64,000 bases of DNA from a virus, in IMG/VR virus record IMGVR_UViG_3300026209_000002, positions 3,708-67,707 of that record, one strand, 5' to 3'. The notes beneath the pieces are model-generated. The model had not been told where the DNA came from. It worked only from the letters and a program-made list of their open reading frames with translations, and ran no database searches. The position numbers were made by a program, and so were the translations under genes. Positions 46,963-56,140 of the stretch are shown piece after piece (position 1 is the first letter of the stretch; each line of letters opens with the position of its first letter).

Positions 46963-49900
46963 ATGTCTAATTTTTCATTACGTCCAATACGAAAAACGAT
47001 ACAGGATAAACTAAACAGAAAATCAAGGTTATTACGAAGAGAAAATCCTGAATCACCAAATCAACCAATATCAGATAATTCTACTCTAAGTGAGTTATAT
47101 ACAAGAACTACATGGGCTCAGATGATATCTCTTACGGTGGTAGGAGAAAAAAACAATCCTAGTTCGGGTAAAATAGCTGTTTTAGGAGCAGGTGGTGAAG
47201 TAAATATGGAAAGTGGTGAACCTATTATGAAGAGTGGGTTTGACCAAGTATATGGTGGACACGAGACTTTAAATAATAGAGATTTTTATAAACCTACATC
47301 TGGTATCAAAAATGTAAGTATATCATATGAAGGTAATGTAAAATCTTTGAGAAAAGCTACTGTTTCATTTATGGTTTCTGGTTTAGATGATTTAGAGAGA
47401 TTGACACCACATTTTTTTACAGTTGGTGCTGAAGTCTTATTAGAGTTTGGTTGGTCAACTTATCCAAAAGGATTAACATTGGGTGATGAATTAGTTAAAA
47501 ATGTTAAGGAACTTGGAATAATGGGAATGAGGGATCAGTCTTTACTTTGGAATAAAAAGAACTTAGCAGAACAATATGAGAACAGAATTTTAGCTGGAGA
47601 AGGAGATTATGATTTTGCTCTTGGGACTATTTCTAATTTTAATTATTCAATGACTGCAGGTGGATTTAATGCAGAGGTTACAATATTAACTACAGGTGTT
47701 AGTATTTTAGATACTGTTGTACCACGAGATGGACATGGTAAACCCTCAACTTTAACATTACAAAATGATTCAGGTGAATCAATGGATTTACCTGCACCTA
47801 ATTTTTACAAAACTATACAAAATTTACCAGAAACTTTGTTTTACGCATTACTAGGACAAGAACCACCAACATTTGAGTATCAAGATGGAGAAGAACTTGT
47901 ATCTATCGAGAACCCTTGGGGAAATACTACTGTTTTTAAGGAAGAGAAGGATGGTTCGGGAAAGCAAACCGATGAATCCGCAGATATTAGTAAAAATAAG
48001 AAACTGGGGTCTGAAGCTGGAGAATCAGCACTTATGTTAGGTTCACTTGCAGCAGGTGCTAAACTTGGAATGATGTCTGGAGCAGCGGTTGGTTCAATTG
48101 TACCTTTTGCTGGTACAACAGTTGGTGCTGTAGTTGGAACAGTTGTTGGAGTTGGAATAGTTCTTGGAGCTTGGATGGAGACGGGTGGTGAGTATACTAT
48201 TTTCGAACAACATTCGAGTGATGGTGTCATACAAATATTTACAGGATTTAATTGGACAGATAATATAGGAACTTATCAAGAAAAAAAACAAGTAATGAAG
48301 ACTACAAACTTTCAATCTTTTAGTTCAGAAGTTGGTAGAAGGACAGTAGATGAACAAACTGGTAAAGTCACAGAAGCAGCTTCTTCAGAAGGAATGTGGG
48401 AGAAGACATGGGATACCACAAAAGATATAGTGTCTAAAGTAACTTTTGGTGCTGTCGGTTCAACTGATAGTATACTTGACCATATAAATGGTCAACCAGA
48501 AGTTTGGGTAAGATGGGGTTGGTTTGAAGATAATATATTGACAAGACTTTTAGGATATGGGTCAAATGATGAGGTTGCTGTATATTTTAGGTCAATTGAA
48601 CCTAAAATTGATAATAAAGGTAATATAATACCAGAAGAATTTGAAAGTACTAAATTTACTTTACCAAAACAACTTATCACTACAAATTGTAATTCTGTAT
48701 TGATACCTGACAGAACTCCAGGTTTAGAGTTAGCTAAGGTTTCTGATATTACTGATGACGACCAAGGATTTAATTTATATGGAAATTTAGGTAATTTTTT
48801 AAAGATGAATCTTTCACAAGTAGGAGAAGATACACCTGTTATACCAAAAGTTGAAGTAGATGGTTATAATGAAAAAACTAATCCTTATGGATATTTTAGA
48901 AATTTATATTTTAATGCTTATGTGTTAAAAGATGCATTCGCAGGTATTAGTACCGTTAGAGAAGGTATGAATAATTTATTTAGTGTGATGGCTGATGATT
49001 TTGGTTCTATATTTAGTTTTGATGCAGTTTCAAATATATACGATGCTGGTGTTGAAAATAGGATAGGAATTATAGATAAAAATGCAATTAGTGACCATAG
49101 TGTGTTTAATGACAATAATCCAGAAGCACCTCAAGATCCAGAAGCACCTAAAGGAGATTTTAATAGAGTATATGAGTTCCCTGTACACGACCCAGGTTCA
49201 TTTGTTAAAACTCAAGATTTAAAAGTCTCAATACCAAATTCAATGGCAGTTACAGCATTATATGGTACTAATCAACCAAAAGGAAAATTAGGACAAAGTG
49301 ACCCAAATTTAGGTGGTATGCAAGCACAAAAATTAACAGATTTTTTTAAGATAGATGAAAATGGTGATGAGAAGAAAGAAGTAGGATTAGAAAGAATAAC
49401 AATATTACCTTATGCTAATGTAGCTGCTGGTAAGTTATTTACATCTAAAGATAGTGAAGAGAAACCAAGATTACAAGCTTCTCAGGTTAATTTTTTAGAT
49501 TCTCTTAATAGTGTAGTAGAAAGAGGGATACATCAAGATAGTGATGATTCTATTAGTCCTACAACTTATCCGATAGGAACTCCACCTTTAGCTGGAAGTT
49601 TTAGACCAGGAGGAGATTTAAACAGTTCTGAAGAAGGTAATTATTTAGGTAACAAGTATAATGCTATAAATGGTAGTTTAAAAACTACTCCATTATTATA
49701 TAAGAATAAAATGTTGTATGATATAATGCATAATCCAAAAACAAGTGTACAAAATAATTTTTCATCTTATAATGGATTGATGGATTTATCTATAACTATA
49801 GATGGAACTGGTGGTATTTTTCCAGGTGATGCTTTTCATTCGAAGTATCTACCAAAGGCTTTTCAAAAAAGAGTAAATGGAGAATGGCCTATAGTTTATC

Positions 49901-51078
49901 AAGCGATTGAGATTGGTCACGAGATAGCGACTGATAGTTGGACGACTTCCATAAAAGGAATGCCTAGATTTAATCCGAAAGCGTTTAACAATGTAGAACT
50001 TAGTGGTTCATCGAATTTCGAAAATCCACCTGAATCTCAAACAGAACATTATCCTAACACTTATGGATTGACACAATATTATAATTTTTTCAATATGAGA
50101 GCAGATTTTGCTATGACGATGTGGAAACAATTATGGGGAATTAATGTAGGATTACAAGGTTATACAGGAAGTGATTATGAAGGTAGTATTGGAAGATTAG
50201 GTAAAAAAGATGTAGATGCTAATGGAGAAATAATATCTGCTATATTTGTTGATACTAAAGGTGCACCTATACTGAAACATTTAAAAACTTTTGATTATAG
50301 TAGTGCTATTGGTGGAAATGCATTGTTAGCAGATTTTAGTAAAGTATTTGATGAATTACCAGAAAAATGGGTGATACCTAAAAAGAAAATTTGGAATCCT
50401 AAAAAAACAAAAGAAGAAGTAGGTTTTACGATAACGAATAAATTTGATATGTTGTATTATTTACAAGTGGTTCTTCTTTTTGTAGGTCAATATTATTCTC
50501 AAAAAGGTAAAATTTCCGATATGGAAAAATTTGCATATGAAGGTATTGTGGCAGACACTTGGTTTAAAAATAATAGAAATGAAGCATTATGGGTAAATGG
50601 AGTATGTAGTCCAACTAATAAAAAAGAAGTGATTCGTGAGGGAATAAACTGGGATAGTTGGAAATATTATAAATATATAGGTAGCCACAACAACGGTAAA
50701 GGTCTTGAGTTTCAAAATACTGACGATGAGCCCTGGAATCAGTATGGTAAAGGTGACCAATCCAACTGGGGTAATACAGGTTCAAAAGATGGAAATGGAA
50801 TGAAACCACCAGTAGGATTGAGATGGTTAGGTTGGAAGAAAAACGATTTACTAAAAGGGAAAGTTGTACCAACTTTGTTATTATATAACGAATTATTCAA
50901 AAGCAATCCATCATATGCAACTGAATATCTAACAGAGAACTCTCATAGAAGACTTCAAAGCTTAGTTAGAGGTGGTATAAAGGATTTAAAAGGTGAAGAT
51001 AAAAAGAAATTTGACCCAATACAAGTAATGAAAAATTTAAGTAATTCAGAATTTTTAATAAAATTACCAACAGGATAA
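46963..51078 (+). CDS. Large baseplate hub protein
   Basis: LLEFGWS, GDYD...G.I.NF, ITIDGTGGI.PGD.F, H.I....W.T; follows the LysM-like gene. Confidence 0.6.
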   Translation: MSNFSLRPIRKTIQDKLNRKSRLLRRENPESPNQPISDNSTLSELYTRTTWAQMISLTVVGEKNNPSSGKIAVLGAGGEVNMESGEPIMKSGFDQVYGGHETLNNRDFYKPTSGIKNVSISYEGNVKSLRKATVSFMVSGLDDLERLTPHFFTVGAEVLLEFGWSTYPKGLTLGDELVKNVKELGIMGMRDQSLLWNKKNLAEQYENRILAGEGDYDFALGTISNFNYSMTAGGFNAEVTILTTGVSILDTVVPRDGHGKPSTLTLQNDSGESMDLPAPNFYKTIQNLPETLFYALLGQEPPTFEYQDGEELVSIENPWGNTTVFKEEKDGSGKQTDESADISKNKKLGSEAGESALMLGSLAAGAKLGMMSGAAVGSIVPFAGTTVGAVVGTVVGVGIVLGAWMETGGEYTIFEQHSSDGVIQIFTGFNWTDNIGTYQEKKQVMKTTNFQSFSSEVGRRTVDEQTGKVTEAASSEGMWEKTWDTTKDIVSKVTFGAVGSTDSILDHINGQPEVWVRWGWFEDNILTRLLGYGSNDEVAVYFRSIEPKIDNKGNIIPEEFESTKFTLPKQLITTNCNSVLIPDRTPGLELAKVSDITDDDQGFNLYGNLGNFLKMNLSQVGEDTPVIPKVEVDGYNEKTNPYGYFRNLYFNAYVLKDAFAGISTVREGMNNLFSVMADDFGSIFSFDAVSNIYDAGVENRIGIIDKNAISDHSVFNDNNPEAPQDPEAPKGDFNRVYEFPVHDPGSFVKTQDLKVSIPNSMAVTALYGTNQPKGKLGQSDPNLGGMQAQKLTDFFKIDENGDEKKEVGLERITILPYANVAAGKLFTSKDSEEKPRLQASQVNFLDSLNSVVERGIHQDSDDSISPTTYPIGTPPLAGSFRPGGDLNSSEEGNYLGNKYNAINGSLKTTPLLYKNKMLYDIMHNPKTSVQNNFSSYNGLMDLSITIDGTGGIFPGDAFHSKYLPKAFQKRVNGEWPIVYQAIEIGHEIATDSWTTSIKGMPRFNPKAFNNVELSGSSNFENPPESQTEHYPNTYGLTQYYNFFNMRADFAMTMWKQLWGINVGLQGYTGSDYEGSIGRLGKKDVDANGEIISAIFVDTKGAPILKHLKTFDYSSAIGGNALLADFSKVFDELPEKWVIPKKKIWNPKKTKEEVGFTITNKFDMLYYLQVVLLFVGQYYSQKGKISDMEKFAYEGIVADTWFKNNRNEALWVNGVCSPTNKKEVIREGINWDSWKYYKYIGSHNNGKGLEFQNTDDEPWNQYGKGDQSNWGNTGSKDGNGMKPPVGLRWLGWKKNDLLKGKVVPTLLLYNELFKSNPSYATEYLTENSHRRLQSLVRGGIKDLKGEDKKKFDPIQVMKNLSNSEFLIKLPTG

Positions 51079-51100
51079 TATTTACTTTTAGGATAATATT

Positions 51101-52048
51101 ATGATTAAACTTAAAGATTTATTAATGGAATCCACTTATGCTCCCTCTAAACAAGCTGGGCCGAGTTGGATAGATAATGAGTGGTATCCCGCTCATACAA
51201 AAACAGTATTGAATTATGTACGGAGAGGAGAATACATACCTCTTACACCTGCAACTGTGGAGAAAGCACTTGGTAAAAAGATACCTGTAAAATCATTTCA
51301 CATCACAGGACCTGATGGTTTATCAAAAGTCAAGGGTGTACTTAATAGAAAAAAATCCATATCTACATTTACAGCAACTCACGAATCTGAAGCATTAGCT
51401 AAAGGTCGTGGTGTTCAAACAGGTATGGGTGGTATTATATTTTATGTAGAGGGACATTTATTAGCACAAAGAAGTATGGATTTTGATACAACACCTGATA
51501 AGCAAGGTCGTAGATGGGTAAGTGCTTTTCATGTGTTTGATGGAAAACCTGAAATATGGGGGAAGGCTTTGAAAGCTGCAAAAATTGATTATGGTTCTAT
51601 TGATTCTAAAATTACTAAAATAGAAAGAGAATATCATGATAGATGGATGGACTTACCCTCAGATGACCCTAATCATCTTGAATATAATGAGTATAAAGAA
51701 CAGGCTAAAAAAGCAGTAGGACCTGTAGTTGCAAAATTTGTAAAAGATTTTATTGATGTGGCAAATAAAACTATAATCAAAAATAAAAAAATATTTAAAA
51801 AGAGTTTGATTGATTCCGATGTTAACAAAAAAACTGCTTGGTGGAATGAACTTCTTGTCTATGATACAAAGATAATTGATTTCTTCGTGATGAGTAGACT
51901 TATGACAACAGACAATGGTTGGAAAATACAGAGTGAGATAGAAAAATTAGCATCAGTAGCAAGTGGTAGTAATCCAATAACTATTGGAACACCAGTTCAA
52001 TTTAGAAAATGGTTTAAAAAACGAAAAGGTAAAATTCACAAAGGATAG
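51101..52048 (+). CDS. Putative internal head protein (MIKLKDLLME leader), possibly ADP-ribosyltransferase-fold
   Basis: Leader; FHIT...ISTFT...WNE pattern; ATATTTAC at 51078-51085. Confidence 0.5.
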   Translation: MIKLKDLLMESTYAPSKQAGPSWIDNEWYPAHTKTVLNYVRRGEYIPLTPATVEKALGKKIPVKSFHITGPDGLSKVKGVLNRKKSISTFTATHESEALAKGRGVQTGMGGIIFYVEGHLLAQRSMDFDTTPDKQGRRWVSAFHVFDGKPEIWGKALKAAKIDYGSIDSKITKIEREYHDRWMDLPSDDPNHLEYNEYKEQAKKAVGPVVAKFVKDFIDVANKTIIKNKKIFKKSLIDSDVNKKTAWWNELLVYDTKIIDFFVMSRLMTTDNGWKIQSEIEKLASVASGSNPITIGTPVQFRKWFKKRKGKIHKG

Positions 52049-52081
52049 GAATGATTTGGAATAATTTCAAATAGGTTAATA

Positions 52082-52255
52082 ATGAAATATAAGATAAAAA
52101 AAAATCTATTTACAGTTAATGGAACACTATATATAGATGAGGTTGTTAAAACCGACAAAACAGTTATAAAAGATTCAAAAGGGAAAATCAAGGTAAAAGA
52201 TCAAGTGGGTAAAATTTGGTATATATTACCTGAATATCTCAAAGAGGTTACATGA
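52082..52255 (+). CDS. 57-aa hypothetical protein (not in the ORF track)
   Basis: MKYKIKKNLFTVNGTLYIDEVV...VKDQVGKIWYILPEYLKEVT; ATGA overlap with thyX. Confidence 0.6.
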   Translation: MKYKIKKNLFTVNGTLYIDEVVKTDKTVIKDSKGKIKVKDQVGKIWYILPEYLKEVT

Positions 52256-52956
52256 AAATAGATGTATTAGATAAGGGTTATATCGAGTTAGTAGATAAAC
52301 TTGGTGATGACCTTACACCTGTAAATGCAGCTCGTGTATCATTTGGACAACGAAGTGATACCTTTACAGAGAAAGATAGGAAGTTGTCTAAGTTCTTAAT
52401 CAAACACAAACACTTTTCACCATTTCGGCATCAACACATTATGCTGATTATCAAGGCACCCGAATTTGTAATGAGACAAGCATATAAGCATGTCGTTGGG
52501 ATAGAAACCACATCAGACCATCCTACCAAAGACCACGCTTGGAATGAGATTAGTGGTCGTTATATGGAAGTAGAAGATTTTTATTATCCTGAAGTATGGA
52601 GAAAACAGTCTGATGATAACAAACAAGCTTCGGAAGGTGAGTTAGATGATTTACAACAAAAACGAATGTCTGAGATTTATAAACAATATATGAGACAAGT
52701 AGAGATGACTTATGAAAGAATGATTGATTCTGGTATGGCAAAAGAACAAGCTCGAATTGTTTTACCTCTTTCACAATACACTCAAGTTTGGTGGACAGCT
52801 TCATTTCAATCTGTGATGAATTTTATAGAGTTAAGAGATGAACCTACAGCACAAGTAGAGATACAAGAATACGCAAGAGCATTAAAGAAAATAATGTTAG
52901 ATGTATTTCCTGAAACCACTAAACTATGGAGTGAAATTTATTTGAATGAGGATTAA
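52252..52956 (+). CDS. thyX: Flavin-dependent thymidylate synthase
   Basis: VNAARVSF, HFSPF.H, AP.FV.RQ..KH, WNEISGRY, AKEQARIVLP, LR....AQ.EIQ.YA. Confidence 0.93.
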   Translation: MKIDVLDKGYIELVDKLGDDLTPVNAARVSFGQRSDTFTEKDRKLSKFLIKHKHFSPFRHQHIMLIIKAPEFVMRQAYKHVVGIETTSDHPTKDHAWNEISGRYMEVEDFYYPEVWRKQSDDNKQASEGELDDLQQKRMSEIYKQYMRQVEMTYERMIDSGMAKEQARIVLPLSQYTQVWWTASFQSVMNFIELRDEPTAQVEIQEYARALKKIMLDVFPETTKLWSEIYLNED

Positions 52957-53617
52957 GAATGTTACATATCAAAAAGCTTGTCATTTAATAGCATCAAATA
53001 TTCGTGATTTAATAAAAACTCACACTACCTCAGTATTGGGGTTAGCGACAGGTTCAACACCTATTGGAATTTATCAAGAACTATCTAAGATGAGAGATAC
53101 AAACTTTTCTGATACGATTACTTTTAATCTTGATGAATATGTTGGATTAAATGGATGGCATCCACAATCATACAATCATTTTATGTATGAACATCTATTT
53201 GCTAATTTAACATTTAAAAAACGATATTTTCCAAGTGTAAATGGAGTAGCTTTATATGATGATTTAATAGACGCTTATGGTGGTATTGATATACAGATAC
53301 TTGGTATTGGAACTAATGGACATATAGGATTTAATGAACCAAACACACCAAGAGATTCAAAAACTCATGTGGTTGATTTAACAGAGAATACAATTAAAGA
53401 TAATAGTAGGTTTTTTGATTCTATAGATGAAGTTCCCTCACAAGCAATAACAATGGGAATAGAAACTATTATGAATACAAAACGAATTTATTTAGTAGCA
53501 CAAGGTAAACATAAAAAGGATATTTTAGAGAAGGCAATATATGGAGATATAACTCCTGAAGTCCCTGCTTCATTTTTACAAGAACATGATAACTTAAAGG
53601 TATTTTATTGTGATTGA
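52946..53617 (+). CDS. nagB: Glucosamine-6-phosphate deaminase
   Basis: LGLATGSTP, TFNLDEYVGL, HPQSY, GGIDIQILGIGTNGHIGFNEP, NSRFF, AITMGI, PASFLQEH. Confidence 0.93.
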   Translation: MRIKNVTYQKACHLIASNIRDLIKTHTTSVLGLATGSTPIGIYQELSKMRDTNFSDTITFNLDEYVGLNGWHPQSYNHFMYEHLFANLTFKKRYFPSVNGVALYDDLIDAYGGIDIQILGIGTNGHIGFNEPNTPRDSKTHVVDLTENTIKDNSRFFDSIDEVPSQAITMGIETIMNTKRIYLVAQGKHKKDILEKAIYGDITPEVPASFLQEHDNLKVFYCD

Positions 53618-54110
53618 TAAGATAATGATTGTAGCACACCCTGATGATGAGGCACTATTTGGTGGAGCTGAATTACTATCGTATCCAAAAGAATATAAAG
53701 TTGTAGTAGTAGATGAATATCATAATGAAGTTAGACGAGAAGAATTTAAAGCATCTATGGAGTTTATAGGAATAGAAGAATATGAACATTGGACAGGTTA
53801 TAAAGGTGGAGAAGATTATCATAGAGAAAAACTTATTTATGAATTACTTAGAGTATTGAGAGAAAGAAAATATAAAAAGATAGTAACACATAACAGACAA
53901 GGTGAATACGGACATCCAAGACATAGAGCATTACATGATATATTAAATCATTTAAGACCTGAACTATTGTGGTGTTTTGATAAATCTAAAGATAGGTTAC
54001 ACGAAGATATATTATATAAGAAAAGAGATTTATTAAAAGTATATAAGAGTCAAAGAGAAGTATTAGATTGGTTTAGTCCTTGGTATGAGACGATAAAAAA
54101 ACATTTATAA
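53610..54110 (+). CDS. PIG-L/LmbE family N-acetylglucosaminyl deacetylase
   Basis: IVAHPDDE, RREEF, THN..GEYGHPRH, Y.SQ. Confidence 0.85.
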   Translation: MIDKIMIVAHPDDEALFGGAELLSYPKEYKVVVVDEYHNEVRREEFKASMEFIGIEEYEHWTGYKGGEDYHREKLIYELLRVLRERKYKKIVTHNRQGEYGHPRHRALHDILNHLRPELLWCFDKSKDRLHEDILYKKRDLLKVYKSQREVLDWFSPWYETIKKHL

Positions 54111-54120
54111 AATAAAAAAT

Positions 54121-54870
54121 ATGATAGATTACATATATGCAAATGGATGTAGTTATGTGGCAGGAGATGGACTAACTCCAAATCCTAAGAATATCACCAA
54201 CCCTCAACTAATGTATAAAAAAACTTCAGTCCATCTTTTAGCTGAAGAATTAAACATTGATAGTTTTAATAATGCTAAAGGTGGTGGTTCTAATCAACGA
54301 ATAGTTAGAACTACAATAGATTGGTTATTACAAAATAAAAATAAATGGAGTGACGTATTAGTTTTGGTTGGGTGGACTGAATTTCATAGGTATGAAATAT
54401 TAAATAATGAAAATTGGATACAAGTAAGTAGAATAGATTTTCCCCCCGAAGAAATACAAAATACAATAAGATATGAAAATTGGAAAAGTTACATAGCTAA
54501 TTTTTATAATATATGGAGAATGTATAATAATTATTTAGATAATATTTTATACTTACAGTTATTTTTAGAATCTAATAATATTAAATATATTTTTTGGGAT
54601 TCTATAGGAGACTTTTCCCCCGATGATGACACATTCCGATATAGAAACAAATATAAAAAGAAATGGGATATTATTAATACAAAAAATTGGGTAACTGGGG
54701 GAGATGAGTCTTGGGAAAAGTATTTGAAAGAATTAGAAAAGGAACATGATGTGAGAGTTGGTACGAGAGATAAACGAGGAATTTTAGATGACTTTCATCC
54801 CAATGAATTAGGACATAAATTTTGGTATGAAAAAATAAAAAATAAAGTTAAAGAATTAAATTATATTTAA
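54121..54870 (+). CDS. SGNH-hydrolase-like protein
   Basis: NGCSY.AG, GGSN.RI.R, GWT...R.E, D.FHPNELGH. Confidence 0.65.
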   Translation: MIDYIYANGCSYVAGDGLTPNPKNITNPQLMYKKTSVHLLAEELNIDSFNNAKGGGSNQRIVRTTIDWLLQNKNKWSDVLVLVGWTEFHRYEILNNENWIQVSRIDFPPEEIQNTIRYENWKSYIANFYNIWRMYNNYLDNILYLQLFLESNNIKYIFWDSIGDFSPDDDTFRYRNKYKKKWDIINTKNWVTGGDESWEKYLKELEKEHDVRVGTRDKRGILDDFHPNELGHKFWYEKIKNKVKELNYI

Positions 54871-54883
54871 TACTATAAAGTAA

Positions 54884-56140
54884 ATGGTTATAATAGAATC
54901 AAAAAAAGAGTTTGATTCATTTTTGTATAAATATAATGATACTAATTGGCTTCCAATTATACATTGTACGTTTACAGATGATGAACTTCACACACAAGAA
55001 AATGAAATATCATTTCTCACTATAAGATTTGATGAAGATTATATATTACCTTTTAATCATTCTGAAGCTATTAATTTAGATAAAAGTTTATTAGAGGAAT
55101 TAAAATCTGATAGGTCTAAATTTGTGTATAACAAAAAAGAAGTATTACAATTCATTGATTTTGGTGGAATGATAGATATAAATTTTTTATATTATTTAAA
55201 AAATAATCAACCACTTAACATAGAAGATGAATCAAAATGGATGTGGAAAAATCATTTTCGTAATGTTAAAAATCCAAATATTTTTATCCCTATACTAAAA
55301 CAATATGAAACAATTAAGAAAACTTTAGATATAGAATTTGAAGAAAAATATTATATTGAAGGATATGATAATTTTTGTTCTACATTTTCAAGTATAGAGT
55401 CTAATGGAATTTATAAAGATGATGCATTAGTTTATACTCAATATAATCCATATACCACTACGGGTCGTCCATCTAATAGATTTGGTGGTTTGAACTTCGC
55501 TGCTTTAAACAAGAGTGATGGTAGTCGTAAAGCGTTTAAATCAAGATTTGATTATATAGGTAGATTGGTAGAATTTGATTATGATGCTTATCATTTGAGA
55601 TTAATTGGAGAGGTAATTGGATATGAATTACCAAAAACTTCTGTACATCAATACTTTGCTGATATATTTGATGTTAGTTATGATGAAGCAAAAATTATGA
55701 ATTTTAAGTTACTCTATGGTGATATACCTCAAGATATTGCGAATAATGTTGAATTTTTTGGTAAAGTTAAAGAATTTATTAATAAACTTTGGACTAAGTA
55801 TAATAATGATAAATACATAGAGACTTATATTTATAGAAAGAAGATATATGCGAATAATTTTGAAGAAATGAGTAAAACTAAATTGTTTAATTATTTTATT
55901 CAAAATTTAGAAACAGAACGCAATATGAAAGTTTTGGATAATTTACTTCCCAAAATAGAAAAATATGAGAGTAAATTAGTCCTTTACAATTATGATGCGT
56001 TTTTATTTGATTTAAATCCAAAAGATGGATTAGATCTTTTGAAGTTAATAAAGAAAGAAATGGAAGAAGGAAATTACTTAACTAAAGTCTCATCAGGGAT
56101 AAATTATGATGAAATGGAAGATATAACAGAGAAGTTATAA
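54884..56140 (+). CDS. Minimal, divergent family A DNA polymerase-like protein
   Basis: TTTGRPSN, motif A EFDYDAYHLR, motif B K..NF.LLYG, NYFIQ, motif C YNYDAFLFD. Confidence 0.75.
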   Translation: MVIIESKKEFDSFLYKYNDTNWLPIIHCTFTDDELHTQENEISFLTIRFDEDYILPFNHSEAINLDKSLLEELKSDRSKFVYNKKEVLQFIDFGGMIDINFLYYLKNNQPLNIEDESKWMWKNHFRNVKNPNIFIPILKQYETIKKTLDIEFEEKYYIEGYDNFCSTFSSIESNGIYKDDALVYTQYNPYTTTGRPSNRFGGLNFAALNKSDGSRKAFKSRFDYIGRLVEFDYDAYHLRLIGEVIGYELPKTSVHQYFADIFDVSYDEAKIMNFKLLYGDIPQDIANNVEFFGKVKEFINKLWTKYNNDKYIETYIYRKKIYANNFEEMSKTKLFNYFIQNLETERNMKVLDNLLPKIEKYESKLVLYNYDAFLFDLNPKDGLDLLKLIKKEMEEGNYLTKVSSGINYDEMEDITEKL

